Positions 37,117 through 51,963 of a stretch of DNA of 64,000 nt are shown piece after piece; the first letter of the stretch is position 1, and each line of letters begins with the position of its first letter. Both the position numbers and the translations under genes were made by a program. Below the pieces are notes generated by a model. It made no database searches and was not told where the DNA came from. It was given only the letters and a program-made list of their open reading frames with translations. The DNA is from Octopus bimaculoides (taxonomy: Eukaryota), in contig NC_068983.1 of assembly GCF_001194135.2 (NCBI RefSeq), forward strand, positions 36,252,027 to 36,316,026, read 5' to 3'.

Positions 37117-38274
37117 CTTAACGTGTCTGTTTGCCATGTTGGCATGAGTTGGATGGTTTGGCAGCAGATGGCAAGCCAAAGGGCTGCAACCAGGCTTCAG
37201 TCATCTGTTTTTCGTATGGTTTCTATGACTGGATGCCCTTCCTAATGTCAATTACTTTACTGAGTGGACTGACTGGCTGTTTATTATGTGGTGCTGGTAC
37301 AGGTGCTTTTTATGTGGCACAGGTACTTTTTATGTGGCACAGGTGCTTTTTATGTGGCACCAGGGTTGGCAAGGGGCTTGCAAGACGGGCGCCAAAGCTG
37401 AGAAAGAGAGAGGAACCAAGAGAAGTGGCTGTGTGCCAGACAAGAGGCTGGAATATGACAGTCAGGAATAGCTGTTTTATTACAGAGGAAATTCTTGGTT
37501 ACCACATATGAACAAGGAAGCAGAGGGAAATGAGAGAGAGAGAAAAAGAAAGATACAGTCAGAGTGAGTGAGTGAAAGAGAGAGAGAGAGAGGTGGGGGT
37601 CTTATCCACTATCCAGTAATTCCTTCCAATTTCTATTCACAAGGCTTTAGTCATCCCGTGAGTTACAGAAAACATCTACCTGAAGTGTTCAGAAGTGGGA
37701 TCAAGTCTGAGACCCAAAGGTTAACCACACAGCTATGCCTGCTTATATCCAACACAGACAATCATTGTTGTCAACTTTCAACTTTAATTTCTACTCATTT
37801 ATAGTATTTTAAGCATAATTGTGAAATTTAAGGTTTAACCGTGTAACATGATGTGTTCCCCACATTGTGTATCTTATGGTTTTAATGTCTCTGAATATTA
37901 TTTCATCTTCACATCTCTCCAAAAAAAATACATATTCATATTTGCTAATGAATTAAAGAGTTCAAGAAAATTAGAAAATTAGTAAAAGGAAAATTAGTAA
38001 AAAAGAAAATTAGTAAAAAACATTCTAATTAAAAGAGAAAAAGAAAGACTAAAGAAATTCATTGAGTCTGAAGAACATAAAGCAAAAACAATTTTTGATT
38101 GTCCTGGTACAACATTTAATACAACTTCAGACAATCGTTGTTGACTGAGTGTTAATTTGGAAAAATATTAAGGATGGTTCCAGACCAGATTAATTTTGAA
38201 ATTAATAAGAATATTATATAAGCATAATTTTTACAGTCAAACCATTTGCCTAAACAGAAGATTGTATGTATAAG

Positions 38275-39185
38275 AGCCAGGCACAGGCATGGCTGTGTAG
38301 TAAGAAGCTTGCTTTCCAACCACATGGTTCCAGGTTCAGTTCCACTGTGTGGCACCTTGGGCAAGTGTCTTCTACTAAAGCTGACCAAAGTGTCTTCTAC
38401 TAAAGCTGACCAAAGCCTTGTGAGTGGATTTGGTAGACGGAAACTGAAAGAAACCCGCTGTATGTGTGTGTGTGTGTGGGTGTCTTTGTGTCTGTCCTCC
38501 ACCAATGCTTGACAACTGGTGTTGGTGTGTTTATGTCCCCATAACTTAACAGTTCAGCAAAAGAGATCAATAGAATAAGTACCAGGCTTTAAAAAAGTAC
38601 TGGGGTTCACTCATTCGAGTATAAATTCTTCAGGTGGTGCCCCAGCATGGCCAGTCTGCTGGGGCCAGTTTTCATTCCCTCTAATATCTATTGTTTTTAA
38701 TGCAGCATGTCCATAAGAGATGGTATATCAGGACAAATACCATAGTAACTGGCCTATCAACAGTGTATATACATTAAGTATGATACATAGCTTGCCAGCA
38801 TGTATCATACTTAATGTACGATACAGGTGCCAGCATAGCTGTGGTAAGGCAGTTTGCTTTTCAACCACATGGCTTCAAGTTCAGATCCACTGCATGGTAC
38901 CTTGGGCAAGTGTCTTCTGCTATAGCCTCAGGCTGACCAAAGTCTTGTGAGTGGATTTGGTAAGCGGAAACTGAAAGAAGCCCGTCATATGTGTGTGTGT
39001 TTGTCCCCCACCACTGCTCGGCAACTGGTGTTGGTGTGTTTACATTATCTTAGTGGTTCTGCAAAAGAAACTGATAAAATACGTAACAGGCTTTAAAAAA
39101 AAAAGTGCTGGAGTTGATTAATTCAACTGACAATTACTCGAAGTGGTGCCTCAGCATGGCTGCAGTCAAATGACTGAAACAAGTG
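38275..39185 (+). mobile_element. Tandem pair of tRNA-headed CORE-like SINEs (OK-type, name tentative)
   Basis: ggctgtgtagtaagaagcttgc...ggttcagttccactgtgtggcaccttgggcaagtgtctt, a (GT)n spacer, then a tail ending atgactgaaacaagt. Other copies about 20830-20930, 25350-25520(-), 35350-35580(-), 37640-37745(-), 48860-49060(-), 58110-58225(-). Confidence 0.75.
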
Positions 39186-39194
39186 AAAGAGGTC

Positions 39195-39925
39195 CCACAG
39201 AGGCAATGTGGCTGATGCTGGTGTTGCATAACTTGTACCCATGCTAGTGGCATGTTAAAAGCACCTTTCGAGAGCTGGGCCTCGTGGAGGCAATGACAAA
39301 TGACAGACCTTTGGCAATATGCTGTGCTTGAGAAGAAGACCTATCAAGCCAAATAAAAACATGGTCATGGCAGATACAGGTGTCACGCAACTGGCACTTG
39401 TGCCAGTGGCTAATAATAGCACCCATTATACTTTCAGAGTGGTTGTTGTTAGGAAGGGCATCCAGCTGTAGAAACCATGCCAAATCAGACTGGAGTTTGG
39501 TGAAGCTCCTTAGCTTACAAGCCTTGGTCAAACTGTCCAACCTATGCCAGCATGGACAATGGATGTTAAATGATGATGATGATGTGCCTTGAGCGAGGTT
39601 ATTGCCAGTGCCTCGAGTGAGGTCGTTGCCAGTGCCTCGAGTAAGGTCGTTGCCAGTGCCCCTGGACTGGCTCCTGTGCAGGTAGGACATAAAAAACACC
39701 ATTTTGAGCATGGCCACTGCCAGTTCCGCATGACTGGCTCTCATGTCGGTGGCATGTAAAAGCACCCACTACACTCTCGGAGTGGTTGGCGTTAGGAAGG
39801 GCATCCAGCTGTAGAAGCTCTGCCAGATAAGATTGGAGCCTGGTGTCGCCATCCGGTTCACCAGTCCTCAGTCAAATCGTCCAACCCATGCTAGCATGGA
39901 AAGCGGATGTTAAATGATGATGATA
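39195..39925 (+). mobile_element. Two consecutive (ATG)n-tailed repeats with an internal 24-bp x3 expansion
   Basis: Tails at about 39570-39583 and 39913-39924; gtgcctcgagtgaggtcgttgcca x3 at 39584-39655. Confidence 0.75.
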
Positions 39926-39961
39926 CTTATATATATATCTATATCTATCTATCTATCTATC

Positions 39962-40012
<51 letters not shown>

Positions 40013-40365
40013 CTTCCTCTTAGATTGTGACCAGTGAACTTTGTTGGCAGAAAACAAACTGTCTTAAATTAAAACTTGCCATCTGTTTGAAATTTAATCT
40101 TCCATATTAGTAGATAAATGTATGATTTAAGGCTTGTTGAAAGTTCTGTTGTTTTCAAAATAAACATTAAATGCAAAGAATCATGAACTTTGAGTGAAAT
40201 TTAGTAAGTTTGTACAATGTTGTTGTTGGATATTTGATCAAGTTTCTTAAAAAAGATAAATGCTCTGTCAGAACACTACAGTCTGCATTTCCTTAAGGAG
40301 GAGATATCAAAGTAGAGAAGATTCTAGCAGAAAAAAATAGTCTCAAAGAGAAAGAGAGAGAGAGG

Positions 40366-40416
<51 letters not shown>

Positions 40417-40890
40417 AAATGTTTATAAATAGGAATATCATGTACGCCAGCTGTTTAGGATTTATTACTTAGCTGCATGTATGTGTATGTGTGTTTGTGT
40501 GTGTGTGAGAGAGGAGAGAAAAAAGGAAGAAAGAGAATGTATGTGTGTGGTGCACATGTGTGTATACATATAAGTAAGGATTTAGCAGAAGATAACCTAC
40601 ACTTACTGTTAAATACTTGAAAATGAAAAAAAAAAAAAAAAAAAAAGAAGGAAAAACACTTGTGCTGCAGGAAATTATTTCCTTCTTAATGAATAGATAT
40701 CATGATATATAAAGATTTGATTATTTCTTAAAAGAAAAAAGATAAAAAACTGAGAACTTCATCAGGCGTTGTGTTCCATAATGCATCAAGGAACACAGCT
40801 TATTAATAATCAAATATGGAATGAGCTTAAACAGTCCAACGATGTTAAAACACGTGAGATTTCATAACATAAAACATAAACTAATTAATA

Positions 40891-41129
40891 CAGTGGTTCT
40901 CAACCATTTTTAGTCTATAGACCCCCTCCAATTCCTGTTTTACTCTATTGGACCTGCATAGTCATTTATTGTATATAAAAACAAAATCTTGCTTAAATAT
41001 TACTAGGAATTCTATAAAAAAATATTTTGTGTATTGTAGAAGTACAACCAATTTGTTGCAGATAAATTTTAACAACAAAGTCTAATATAGACTCCCAAGG
41101 GCCATACGGACCCTGGTTGCAGACCAATG
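40891..41129. mobile_element. hAT-like MITE
   Basis: Imperfect terminal inverted repeats cagtggttctcaacc / ggttgcagaccaatg; related fragment at about 57019-57060. Confidence 0.45.
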
Positions 41130-41499
41130 ATTTAATGGAACCTCTCATTGAATTATCAATTGGTTGGCTCAGTGGTTTCTTTAGCAATTTCTCCATTCAA
41201 ACATAAGCCCCAAGTGCCACACCATTTCATACAATAATCGCAACTATGACTATTCATGGCTTTGATATGACTTGATAAGCTTTCTCCATACTGGTCAGTT
41301 TTTTCGCTTGGGTTTGCCATTTTTTTTTATCAATTCCTTTCCAAACCATGTTCCTTTTTGCAGTATCTTTAAATCTCAGTCAAGGCTTTCTCTGGTTTCT
41401 TTTCTCCTTACACAGTTGAGAGTAAAAGATTTGTCTGGGGAGTCTGCAACTGCCAATCCTGTGTATGTAGCCTAACGAACTTAAATTTCTATCAATGAG

Positions 41500-42440
41500 G
41501 ATTTTCAACATAGGAGGTAGGTCAGCATGTCATAGGACCTCTTCATTCCTTATATTCTCAAACAGAGTGATATTTATGATTTGTCATAGCTGTCTTATGA
41601 TATACGTATGTAACTTGTCTACTTGAGCTTTATAGAGTGTATAGGTTTCAGCTCCATACAACAGGTAAGAAAGCACTATAATCTGGTACACCTTACACTT
41701 AACATGCCTATTTTTCCACAGTATCTCCTGCAGCCTGTCAAATAAAGCATTAGCTCTGTTCATTCCGTATGTGATTTCCTGGTCCACACATACATTATCT
41801 GAGATGGTGCTGCCTAAGTATTTGAATGTTTTGCATAGGCCAGTCTTTCATATCCAATAATGATGTTTGCTTCTGTTAGAAGGGAATTTAGGTTCTCCAT
41901 GGATTGGTAGGGGCATTTGGCTTTTCTGATGCGAATCTTTAAGTTGAACTGTTGTGCAACTCTGGCAAAGTTATCTCCCCGTTTCCACATATCTTCAGTG
42001 CTGTGAGCAACCAGTGCACTATCATCAGCGAACAGCTTCTCCCACACTAGGAACCTCGTAATGCATATCTTGGCATTGTACAAATCAACATTATGCTGAA
42101 ACACTGTTGTGAGATAGAGGGAGAACAGTGCTGGAGCAAGTACACACCCTTAACTCCATTTGTGACCACAAACTCACTTGAGGTATTGCTATCTTGGACT
42201 ACCCTTCGTGCAGGAACCTGTCCAGGTTGATGACCTTTCAAGGACATCCATCTTTCTTAAGAACCACCCAAAGTTCATCACCAGATACTGTGTTGAAAGC
42301 CTTTGTGATGTCTGTGAACATTGCATACATAGGCATGTTCTGCTCAATGCATTTTTATTGAATTCGGCAAAAGCAGAAGACCATGTCCAAAGTGCTTCTA
42401 CCACAGCAGAAGCTACACTGTGTCTCAGGTAATAAATTGG
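41500..42440 (-). mobile_element. RTE/BovB-like LINE RT remnant
   Basis: EKLFADDSALVAHSTEDM (catalytic FADD), VTNGVKG, CKVYQIIVLSYLLYGAETYTLYK; frameshifted. Confidence 0.85.
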
Positions 42441-43404
42441 GCAAATATATCGGTCTAATTCAAAACGAGCACTTTGTCAGTTACGACGACGAGGGTCCCA
42501 GCTGATACAATCAACGGAACAGCTTGCTTGTGAAATTAACATGCAAGTGGCTGAGCACTCCACAGACACATGTACCCTTAATGTAGTTCTCAGGGAGATT
42601 CAGCAGGTACTACTCATTTTTGCTAGCTGAGCGAACTGGAGCAATGTGAAATAAAGTGTCTTGCACAAGGACACAATGCGTCGCTGGGAATTGAACTCAC
42701 AACCTTGCGATCATAAGCCAAATGCCCTAACCACTAAGCCATGCACCTTCACATGGGTCCAATATCTGTGTGATATTAATGATCTTTTTTCATTACGGTC
42801 CTTTTCCATTGATTTTAATATTTACTTGACTTTTCTTTTGCATGAAGGGTCAGAACACTTAAGTTTGTAATAACAGCTAATGCAGTGAATATTCTGAAGC
42901 TAATTAGACTTAATTAAGCAGTGAGCAAAAAAAAAAAAAAACCAGAATTAGTCAATAACTAATATTGTTTTAATAATAATTTTGGGTGATGGCATGGCAG
43001 TACATTTGCTTTACAAACAAAACACATGGTTGCTGGTTTGATGCTACTGTATAGCACTTCAACCAAGTGTTTTCTAGCATATCTTCAGGTTGATCAATGT
43101 TCCATGAGTGGAATTTGATGAATGGAAACTATTCTGAAGCCCATCATATACACACACATATACATAGTCACGCAATCTGCATATGCTTAAGTGAAAAGCA
43201 CCCAATATAACACTGAATTAATTTATAAGGCGGTGAGCTGGCAGCATTGTTAGCATACCAGGCAAAATGCTTACTGGCATTTTCTCAATCTTTATGTTCT
43301 GAGTTCAAATTACCCTGGAGGGCGACTTCACTTTTAGAGTTGATAAAATAGGTACCAGTTGAGTATTGAGGGTTGATATAAGCAACTTATCCCCTCCCCC
43401 GAAA

Positions 43405-43870
43405 TCGCTGGCAGTGTTTGGAGTGATCACTAGCGATGGCGATGTTATGCCTCCATTCATCTTCCCACATGGTCTCAGACTCAACATGGTGGCCTACATC
43501 ATGTGCTTGGAGGATGTAGTGCTGCCCTGGATCAAGAGGGTGGCTGCTGGAAGACCCTATGTCTGACAACAGGTTGAGCAAGAGACCAACAAAACTCCTT
43601 GTAATACCAAAGATGAACTGAAAGCAAGGATTATGGTAACATTCATCAACTTATATACAAGGAGACCGTCCAGAGGAGTTGCAGGAGATTCCAAAGTTGT
43701 TTGGAGGCCGTGGTTAAAGCCAATGGCGATTTTATTGAATAAATTCACTCTTTAATATTTCAAGATATTTTTATGTAATTTTGGTAGATGTATCTGTTAA
43801 AATGAGGTATCAGTGTTATTTTCATTTTTGCATAATTTAAATGACAGTTTATTCACTGCATTCTGTATAT
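43405..43870 (+). mobile_element. Tc1/mariner-superfamily (maT/DD37D-like) deleted transposon
   Basis: VFGVITSDGDVMPPFIFPHGLRLNMVAYIMCLEDVVLPWIKRVAAGRPYV*QQ, the DDE core up to the QQD motif. Confidence 0.75.
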
Positions 43871-44012
43871 ATATACACATACATCTCTCTCTCTCTAGTT
43901 GTAATAATAATATTAAATTACAACTTATGACTTGATGCCAGTCCAGACTCCATTTACATGGATATTTCAACAAGGATTTGGAGTATTTTGTTATAGTTGA
44001 CTTGAGCCAAAA

Positions 44013-44083
44013 ATTCTGGTATGGTCCACTTAACATCAGAAAATTCTGTTAAGTGGACCATACCAGAATAGAATTTTCTGATG
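44013..44083. repeat. Perfect 23-bp hairpin with nested second inversion
   Basis: 44013-44035 pairs with 44047-44069; 44034-44047 is also the reverse complement of 44070-44083. Confidence 0.9.
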
Positions 44084-47000
44084 ACATACATACATATATA
44101 TATATCTCCAAGAATGTAAAGAATGCTTCAATTCCTTACAATCTCAGATTTTTATTTGTATTTTTAGCAACATTAATTGTTAAACTGCGAGTTGTATGGT
44201 GATTGTCAGCTTATTGAAATTTCCCTTGATTTCAGTATGGGACAAAGCGTGTAATTTAAGAGGGTTAATAAACTCTTTTTATCACGTATTGTTCACCATT
44301 TGTCATTTATACTACTAGCTGTATACATACTTGAAGCTAACTAACTTCCACACGTAAAAACACCCACTACACTCTTGGAGTGGTTGGCGTTAGGAAGGCC
44401 ATCCAGCTGTAAAAACTCTGCCAAATGAGATTGGAGCCTGGGGTAGTCACCTGGTCCACCAGTCCTCAGTCAAATCGTCCAACCCATGCCAGCATGGAAA
44501 GCGGACGTTAAACGATGATGATGATGATGATGATGATGACACACAAAACAAAGGGCAGTTGATTGGTAGAATAAATAAAGTATGTTTAATTGGGGCCTTT
44601 TATGCTCAATTCTTACTGAGGTTGATTTTGTCTTTCATTCTTGTAGAATCAATAAAATAAGGCAACAGTAAAATACTGGGGCTAATATTACTGACAGTAC
44701 CTACCCTCATGGAATCAATACTGCTTACCAGTCATTGATGGATACTTCTGATCACTGAAGTCTATCATCTGTAGGAGTGTAAGGAAAAAAATACAAAACA
44801 ACAACAATAAAAAGATTCAAGGTAGAAGATATTTTTAATTACACCAGAACTGTACAAAGTGACTACAAAAATAGAAGTTATTACTGTACACTGTACTGTG
44901 GGAATATTTGATAGAAGACTTCAACACTTGTTTCAGAGCTGGCATAACACCACCACTGCCGCCACCAACACCATCGCCATTATTTGCTTCTTTCCTATTC
45001 AATCTCAACGAGACAAGGATCCAGTATGTTGTTGTATATGTGGAGATATCCAACTGTATTCATGTAACATAGAATTGGAAGTATATATGTTTGATATTCC
45101 AAAATGATGTCAACCCATACAACAAAAGATTAACTCTTGATGTCAACCAGTCCGAGACTGCCTCAAACTCTTTAAATAGAAAAAAATCCACCGGTTTTAA
45201 AGTGTTCATATTTTAATTAAAACCTTCCATCATTGTTTTATGTAGAGACATTTTTGTTATGTTATAATATACAAGCTTAATTAATGAAAAAACAAAAAGT
45301 TACTAAACTAAATTTCTCCAAATAATTCATTGATTAAAAAAAAAATATTAATTAAAACAGGCAGTTATTTTGATAGAAAAATAATCAGAAAAGAGTTAAA
45401 ATTTTACATATTTTGCTTTGTTCTTGATTATCTCAGAACTAGATAACAACAATACTGATGGAAGAGAACATCTAGCTTGGAGTCTGAATCACTTTTCTAA
45501 AACATTCGTTTTGAAATGATTTTGTATTATTTTCTTTAGTCTGTGTCATAATAAAATTGGTTGATATAACCATAGTGCGGACACCTCCATCATCAATGAC
45601 ACCCATGGTAGTTCTTCACCTTGATACTGTAAGTTTACAAAACACACGTATTATACACACACACACACATATATCTATATATACATGGGCAGTAGGTGAG
45701 AGCTAGATATGTTCTGTATAAAAAACACTTAGCAGAGCTCAAATGAATTTGAACTTAAACACTAAATTTTTCATCTAGTGTTAGGTTCTTAACATCAAGA
45801 GTGGCTATAAGAGAGATCCAAGATGCAGATAAACACAGTTAGGCTTGACACATATATACATACATACATATACATATATATATTATATATGCAGTGTTCA
45901 TTTTGTCTTCAATACAGGAATAAGCAGCACTTATTCCTCACAGTAACTATTTACAGCTAAGTAGACAGGACTATTGCAGATTAAATGTGTTTAGTATGGA
46001 TGAACACGATGCAGCATTGGTGAATGGATGTGATCTGACAACACTTCAAATGATAAACCGACACCCTGTTAACCTAGTCAGCTGCAAATTTAATTCTGTG
46101 ATTAGAAGATTATGTAAGGAAGAAGTGCGAAAGATTTGCAAATAAAAAAACAAACAGAAAATAGCAGTAGGCACTTTTAATTTGTTAGTGATGACGGAAT
46201 GAATTTATTTCGCATATAATGGAGGACAACCTGTTTGAGTACAGCCATGCATTGGCATTCATAGCCCTTGTTTAACTTGCTAGCAATGTCTTGCAAAGCA
46301 TAAGCACCTTTCCCTTACAATGGTTGACACAGGTGGGAGATCTCCATATGACTCTTTCTTGGTGGGATGAATTCTCCAAGATATGTATAAGACTACAGGA
46401 CCGAAAAGGATGGTGTTCACAGGTTAAAAATGTCTGAGCAAGCTCAACCAGATGATGATAGAGGGATGAATAATACATTCTTACAAATGGGTGTGTGTGT
46501 GTGTGTGCATAGTAAGAAGGTACATTTATTTATTCACTGAATCTGATATTTTGTATTATTTGGAATTAAAAAAAATTTTTTTTTAAAAAAGAGCTAATCT
46601 TTGACATATACATAATTTGCTGTGGAAATAGATAATCCCATGTTTAGAAAATATACAAGGTTGGTGATGGTGGTAAATGCTGGAAGAGGATGTCAATGTA
46701 GGGGACACAGGTTGATATTTATGGTTGTTCCCTTTTTGATAAGAACTAGGGAGTAAGAATGATTGATGAGAAAAGTTTTTTTTTTCTTTTCTGAGGAAAG
46801 AATTTAGTCTAGCTTTCTTTCCTGCTACTAACCCCTTGTAATTCACATTGAACATTCAAACACGCTAAATCCTCCCAGTTAGACTTTTCTTTAGTTTATG
46901 AAGGCTTGTACAGATTTTTCTTTTGCTAGTTTTAACCACTGTTAAATCGCCCTTATCACTTGATTAAAGGCTAAATTGGTGGAGTTGTTAAAGTGTTGGA

Positions 47001-50000
47001 TAGAATGCTCAACAATATTTGTTTCAATTCTTTGTATGCTGAGTTCAAATCCCACCAAAGTTGACCTTGTCTTCCGTCCTTTTACGGTCGATAAAACAAT
47101 TACCAGGATGGTGAATTACTAGCACTATTATTGGCACTCTGTCAGTTATGATGATGAGTGTTCCAGTTGATTTGATCAATGGAACAACCTGCTTGTGAAA
47201 TTAACATTCAAGTGGCTGAGCACTCCCCAGACATGTGTGCCCTATATGTAGTTCTCAGGGAGATTCAGTGTGACACAGAATATGACAAGGCTGGCCCTTT
47301 GAATTACAGGTACAACTCATTTTTGCCAGCTAATTGCACTGGAACGACACAAGATAAAGTCTCTTGGTAAGGGACACAACACACTGCCAGCAACTGAACT
47401 CACAACCTTATGATCATGAGCCGAACGCTCTAACTACCTAGCCAAACTAAAACTATTAGAAGGTCATGTGAGATGCCTCATAGTGTCTTTGCATTCTGAG
47501 GCTAATATCAGTGAGGAAACTGGGGCCAAGCTGTAGTGACCTAAGTTGGTGGATAAACATTAGTAGAAAGGAGAGAAAACTTGCATGCCTAGGTAACTGC
47601 CAGTCTTCTTCAAAATATTCTTCACATATATGTCCAGACATATGGCCAATATTAACCAACAGGGGTCCTACATGTACTTGATAAGTTCTTATTTAATCAA
47701 CCTAGGAAAGTTGATAAACTAGATTTGAACTCAGAATATAAAGTGCCATAACTAATACAGTATTTTATGCAATGTTGAAACAATTCTGCCATAGATAAGT
47801 TTTAGTATAACAATAGGCATTAATCATTTGAAACTGTCATAGTCATTTCATTATACATATAACAGTGGATCCTACTATCCTTAGATCTAATCTTAACACT
47901 TCTTACTGTGTCTTTGTTAGCATGACTTCTCGCATAGGTACTTCCTAAAAAAAAAAACCATCCTAAAATTCCTTATGAGGCAATAAAATTGTCTTTTATG
48001 ACTCAATCAGAAGAAGAAGGACAGTACTTGCGACATTCTTGAGAATAATTGAATTATAAGGAGACTAGACTATTGGCTAATAGACCTGGTGTCATATAAT
48101 GCTTTATCAAATTCAGAACATACTACTCTATCTGGGTATGTGTGTATGTGTAAACCGCAGACAATAAAATATATCATTGTTAAAGTAAAAGTACAAATTG
48201 GTGTTACAAAAACTAATCTTTAAAACACAGTGACCTTTCAAATCTAAATTGATGAAAAACAGCACAAATCTGCTCCCATGTTGCAGAAGGTATTGTGGTT
48301 GAATAATCTCATGTCATCTCAAAATGGACAAATCTATGATGGAAGTGAGGGGAGGGGGAATTTTGAGGGTGATTTGGTTGTTATTTCTTAGAGGTCAATG
48401 TACGACAGAGAAGTTTCCATGCTAGCTTAAGGACATTGTAGTTGCTGTTATCTTTAGGTCGGCTTTGATCAAGCAAAACTATAACCAAAAACAGTCCAAT
48501 AATGATCATCCAATCTTTTTTTTTTAGACACAATGTATCCAGACTACATTATCCAATGTATCTAAAAAATATGGTTTATTCCGAAGGAGATTTCCAGCAA
48601 GTTGAATGACTGTACAGAGACCTCCACATGGCTATATATGTGAGTGTTATACCTTTATGTTATGGTGATAGTAAATCACTAGATTTTGATTTTCCTTTCT
48701 TTCATTATCATCATTGATTTAATGCCCACTTTTCCAGGGTCAAATGAAATTTGTTTGGGCAAATTTTCTATGGCTGGATGACCTTCCTGTTGCTGACCAT
48801 TGCCTGTTTTGAAGCAATGTAATATTCCCCCATGGATTTTCACAAAAGCCTGGAAACGAAGGACACAATGATGAGCAAACACACACACGCATACATACAA
48901 TAGGTTTCTTTCAGTTTCCATCAACCAAATCCACTGATGAGGCTTTGATCAAGTCTGGGCCTATATTGCATAAAGTGCCATGCAGTGGGATGCAGTGAGA
49001 CTGAACTCAAAACCACAAGGCTGGAAAGCAAACTTCTTAGTCAGACAGCCATGCCTATGACCTCTGAGAATAGATACCGGTAATTGACCTCCAGAATAGA
49101 TACCAGTAATTTAGTGTCATTACTTGATTGTTCTAGGTTTCAAATAGATATTAGCTTTACATTTAATCAAATGTCTTTCATTATGGCCATGAGTCAACTA
49201 AAACATTGTGAATAAAAATGGTAGATGGAAACTATATGGACACTCATCAGAAGTATTGTCCTTGTTCTGGGTTGACATACTCAATCAGTCACTCAGTTTG
49301 ATACCCATACCTGACTCTTGAGTAACTTTAATGGAGTTTACTCTGTTGTAAACATTTGGGCAGGTGTCTGGTTTTCTTCCCTTCCTCAAATCAGTTTTGA
49401 AGGTACTAAAAAAGCAAAAAAGAAAAGATTCTGTCTATGCCATTCTTCCTTTGACAAAAAGTATCTAAGGTGCAGGGATATTGGCTGAAAATCAAGAGTT
49501 CAATCTCTGCAATAAACACCTTTATCTGTGACATTATATCACCTGTGTTACCGGATTTTTCTTACCCTCCCCGAACAATAATTTTATAATTCATGCTGAT
49601 GTCTATTTTAATATCAATGTACTTTATATTTTGAACAGATTAAAAAATATGTATATAAAGTAAAAGTCAGATTATTGGTCCTCTTAAATCAAGAAGGTTA
49701 TTGGAATACTTCAACAGCTATTATTACAATGATACAATGCCTATCTTCTTTTTAAATAGGTTAAGCATTTTGTCCACTGAAGACCAAGAGGTAAATTATG
49801 AACACTACCAACCAAAGTTCTCACTTCTTCATTGCTTAGTAATTGGAGCAGGAAGAATACAATGCTTTACTCAAGGAATTGCCTCAGAGGGGGAATATAA
49901 ATTGTGTTTTACCCAGACATATTACAACATAGGAAATGGAACGTAAAATTGATATCTTACTCATGACATATCATAAAACCACTGAAAGAGAAGTTTTGTG

Positions 50001-51953
50001 TCTTAACCCATTGCATGTTACATAAATCTGGTGTCATACCCATTGCATGTTACAACACCAGAAATGGGATACAAATTCACAATATTTCTATCTCCAAAGC
50101 TCAAACTTTGTAATGTAAATAGATATGTTTTAATTCTTTCATACTGAGATCAACCAGGGCTAGTATGGGTGTTACAACAACAACAACAACCAGGGTTAGT
50201 GATTAACTATAATATATGTAAGCTGAACTAAAAAAAATTCTCCTGGAAAAGATTACAGTCTATCACAAGAAATGTTTTCTGGAAATCTAGATATTTAATA
50301 TTCAGTGTGGTAACCGGAGGTATGTACACATGAATAAAGTATCTTATCCCAGAAATACATTGAAATAGCTACAGTGGATCTGAACTCATGTTTGATGGGC
50401 CAGTAGTCTGTCTTACCCACTCAACTATTTTGCTTTTACTAGGTAAAGTCAAAACTTAATTTTGAACTTAAGACATATGAGTGATTCAATGAATTAATTT
50501 TACAACCAATAAATGGCTGTTACCACATTAAGTGTAGTGTTAGACGATAACATAGCTTATAGCTGAAATTATAAAATATAGTACAGTTAAAATTGATAGA
50601 ATCACTATAGAATATAGTACTGGGAGATACAATAAGTGACGATAGCATAATATATATATCAAAAAGATAGTATAGGTATAAATGATACTGTAACTATTAG
50701 CAGGTAGTATGTCTAAAGAGGTTAGTATAGTTATGGAATTAGAACTAAATATATAACTTAATCAGTTTCAAACATACTGCTTACTTTAAATGTAAACATA
50801 CAGTTGTAATTCACTTTAAACATGTTGTTATATAACTGGATTATTGTTTGTACAAATGATATATATTTTGGGTAGTAGGAATTAAAAACTAGGATATCAT
50901 TGTGGGTTTGGCTGGTGGAAACCCTACAGACTTCCACATTTGATATTTCTAGTAATAGAAATAAAGTGAAACAAGCTTGGTACTGGACCAATTTATAATA
51001 ATATTAAAATCAAAAAATAAAGAAAACAAAAAGTCATGGTATTTTGAAGATACTTAATGAGTCATAACGGTTTGTATGAATGTGATTGGTTAACAGCTTC
51101 AGAATAAGGGTACTAACTTTATCTTCCACAACATCATGGATGGTAAATGACATGGTATGACACAGAAGTTTGGGATACCAGTTGTTCAAAGATATCCACT
51201 CTTCCTATGTTGCTTTACAACTGTTTCACCGAATAAATATACTGTCTGGATTAAAAGAATACCATTTTCTGCCAAATATGTGTGTTCTTCAGAATAACTT
51301 TGCATTGGTGATGTTTTTTGAGTATTTTTTTTTAACACACAAATTATGTGGAACTGTTGAAACACATGATGGGAATTGTGACTTGTTTCCTGGTTTTCTG
51401 CTAGTCACTGGTCTAACTGGAGAGTAATTCACGATAATAAATACATACATGCATACATAAGCAAACTTACAGTTTAGATAATGAGTAATTTAACAAAGAA
51501 TCTCTTGGTTTTCAGAGATACGTTAACTCAATCGAAAAACTTAATGTAGAATATATTTGAGACTCAAGAACAAGAGACAAAGAGAGTATAAGTTGAGGAC
51601 TGCCTTCATGAGTGTACAGTTGCCCCCATGAGTATGTAAATGCTTCAATAAAGTGCAGTGATGATGGTGGTGGCAGTGGCTGCCTCTGTTTAGTAACTGC
51701 TTCAATGAGGAAAGGAAGTGGTGGTGATAGTGGCTGCCTCCAATGTAGTAACTAACTCAATGAGGAGTTGGAGCTTTGGTGGCTGCCTTAGAGTAGTGGT
51801 GAATGCCACTGAAGGAAAGCAACTGAAGCAGTCAAAGATGTTTTGTGTCAAAAAATGTAGAGATCTGAAGGTGACTGAAAGAAAATATCAGTGACTGGTC
51901 TCATTATCTTCTGGTTGGTTTACCATTTATAACTTGTTATCTCAAAGTCAATG

Positions 51954-51963
51954 TCACACTTCC
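51954..51963 (-). CDS. PLEKHG5: RhoGEF PLEKHG5-like terminal coding segment: G GAA GTG TGA completing ...S-E-V-stop (class I PDZ ligand)
   Basis: Pyrimidine tract tttgtttttccaattctgtaatttCAG followed by GGAAGTGTGA. A phase-2 join gives TCG GAA GTG TGA = SEV*, the same last residues as vertebrate PLEKHG5/Syx (TASEV). Confidence 0.85.

Noticed and set aside
44859-45107. CCICGD suggesting a nuclear-receptor zinc finger
   Set aside because: The following residues do not fit the C4 spacing, and there are no exon boundaries.
49771-51560. Plus-strand candidate exons 49771-49801 (LSILSTEDQE) and from 51516 (RYVNSIEKLNVEYI*) as a distal end of the membrane-protein gene
   Set aside because: Phase-compatible but very short, 19 kb away and without homology; too likely by chance to report without RNA data.
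49290-51890. Alternative minus-strand acceptors for the RhoGEF last exon (about 51875, 50948, 49407)
   Set aside because: None gives the conserved SEV end, and they probably lie in the 3' UTR or downstream DNA.
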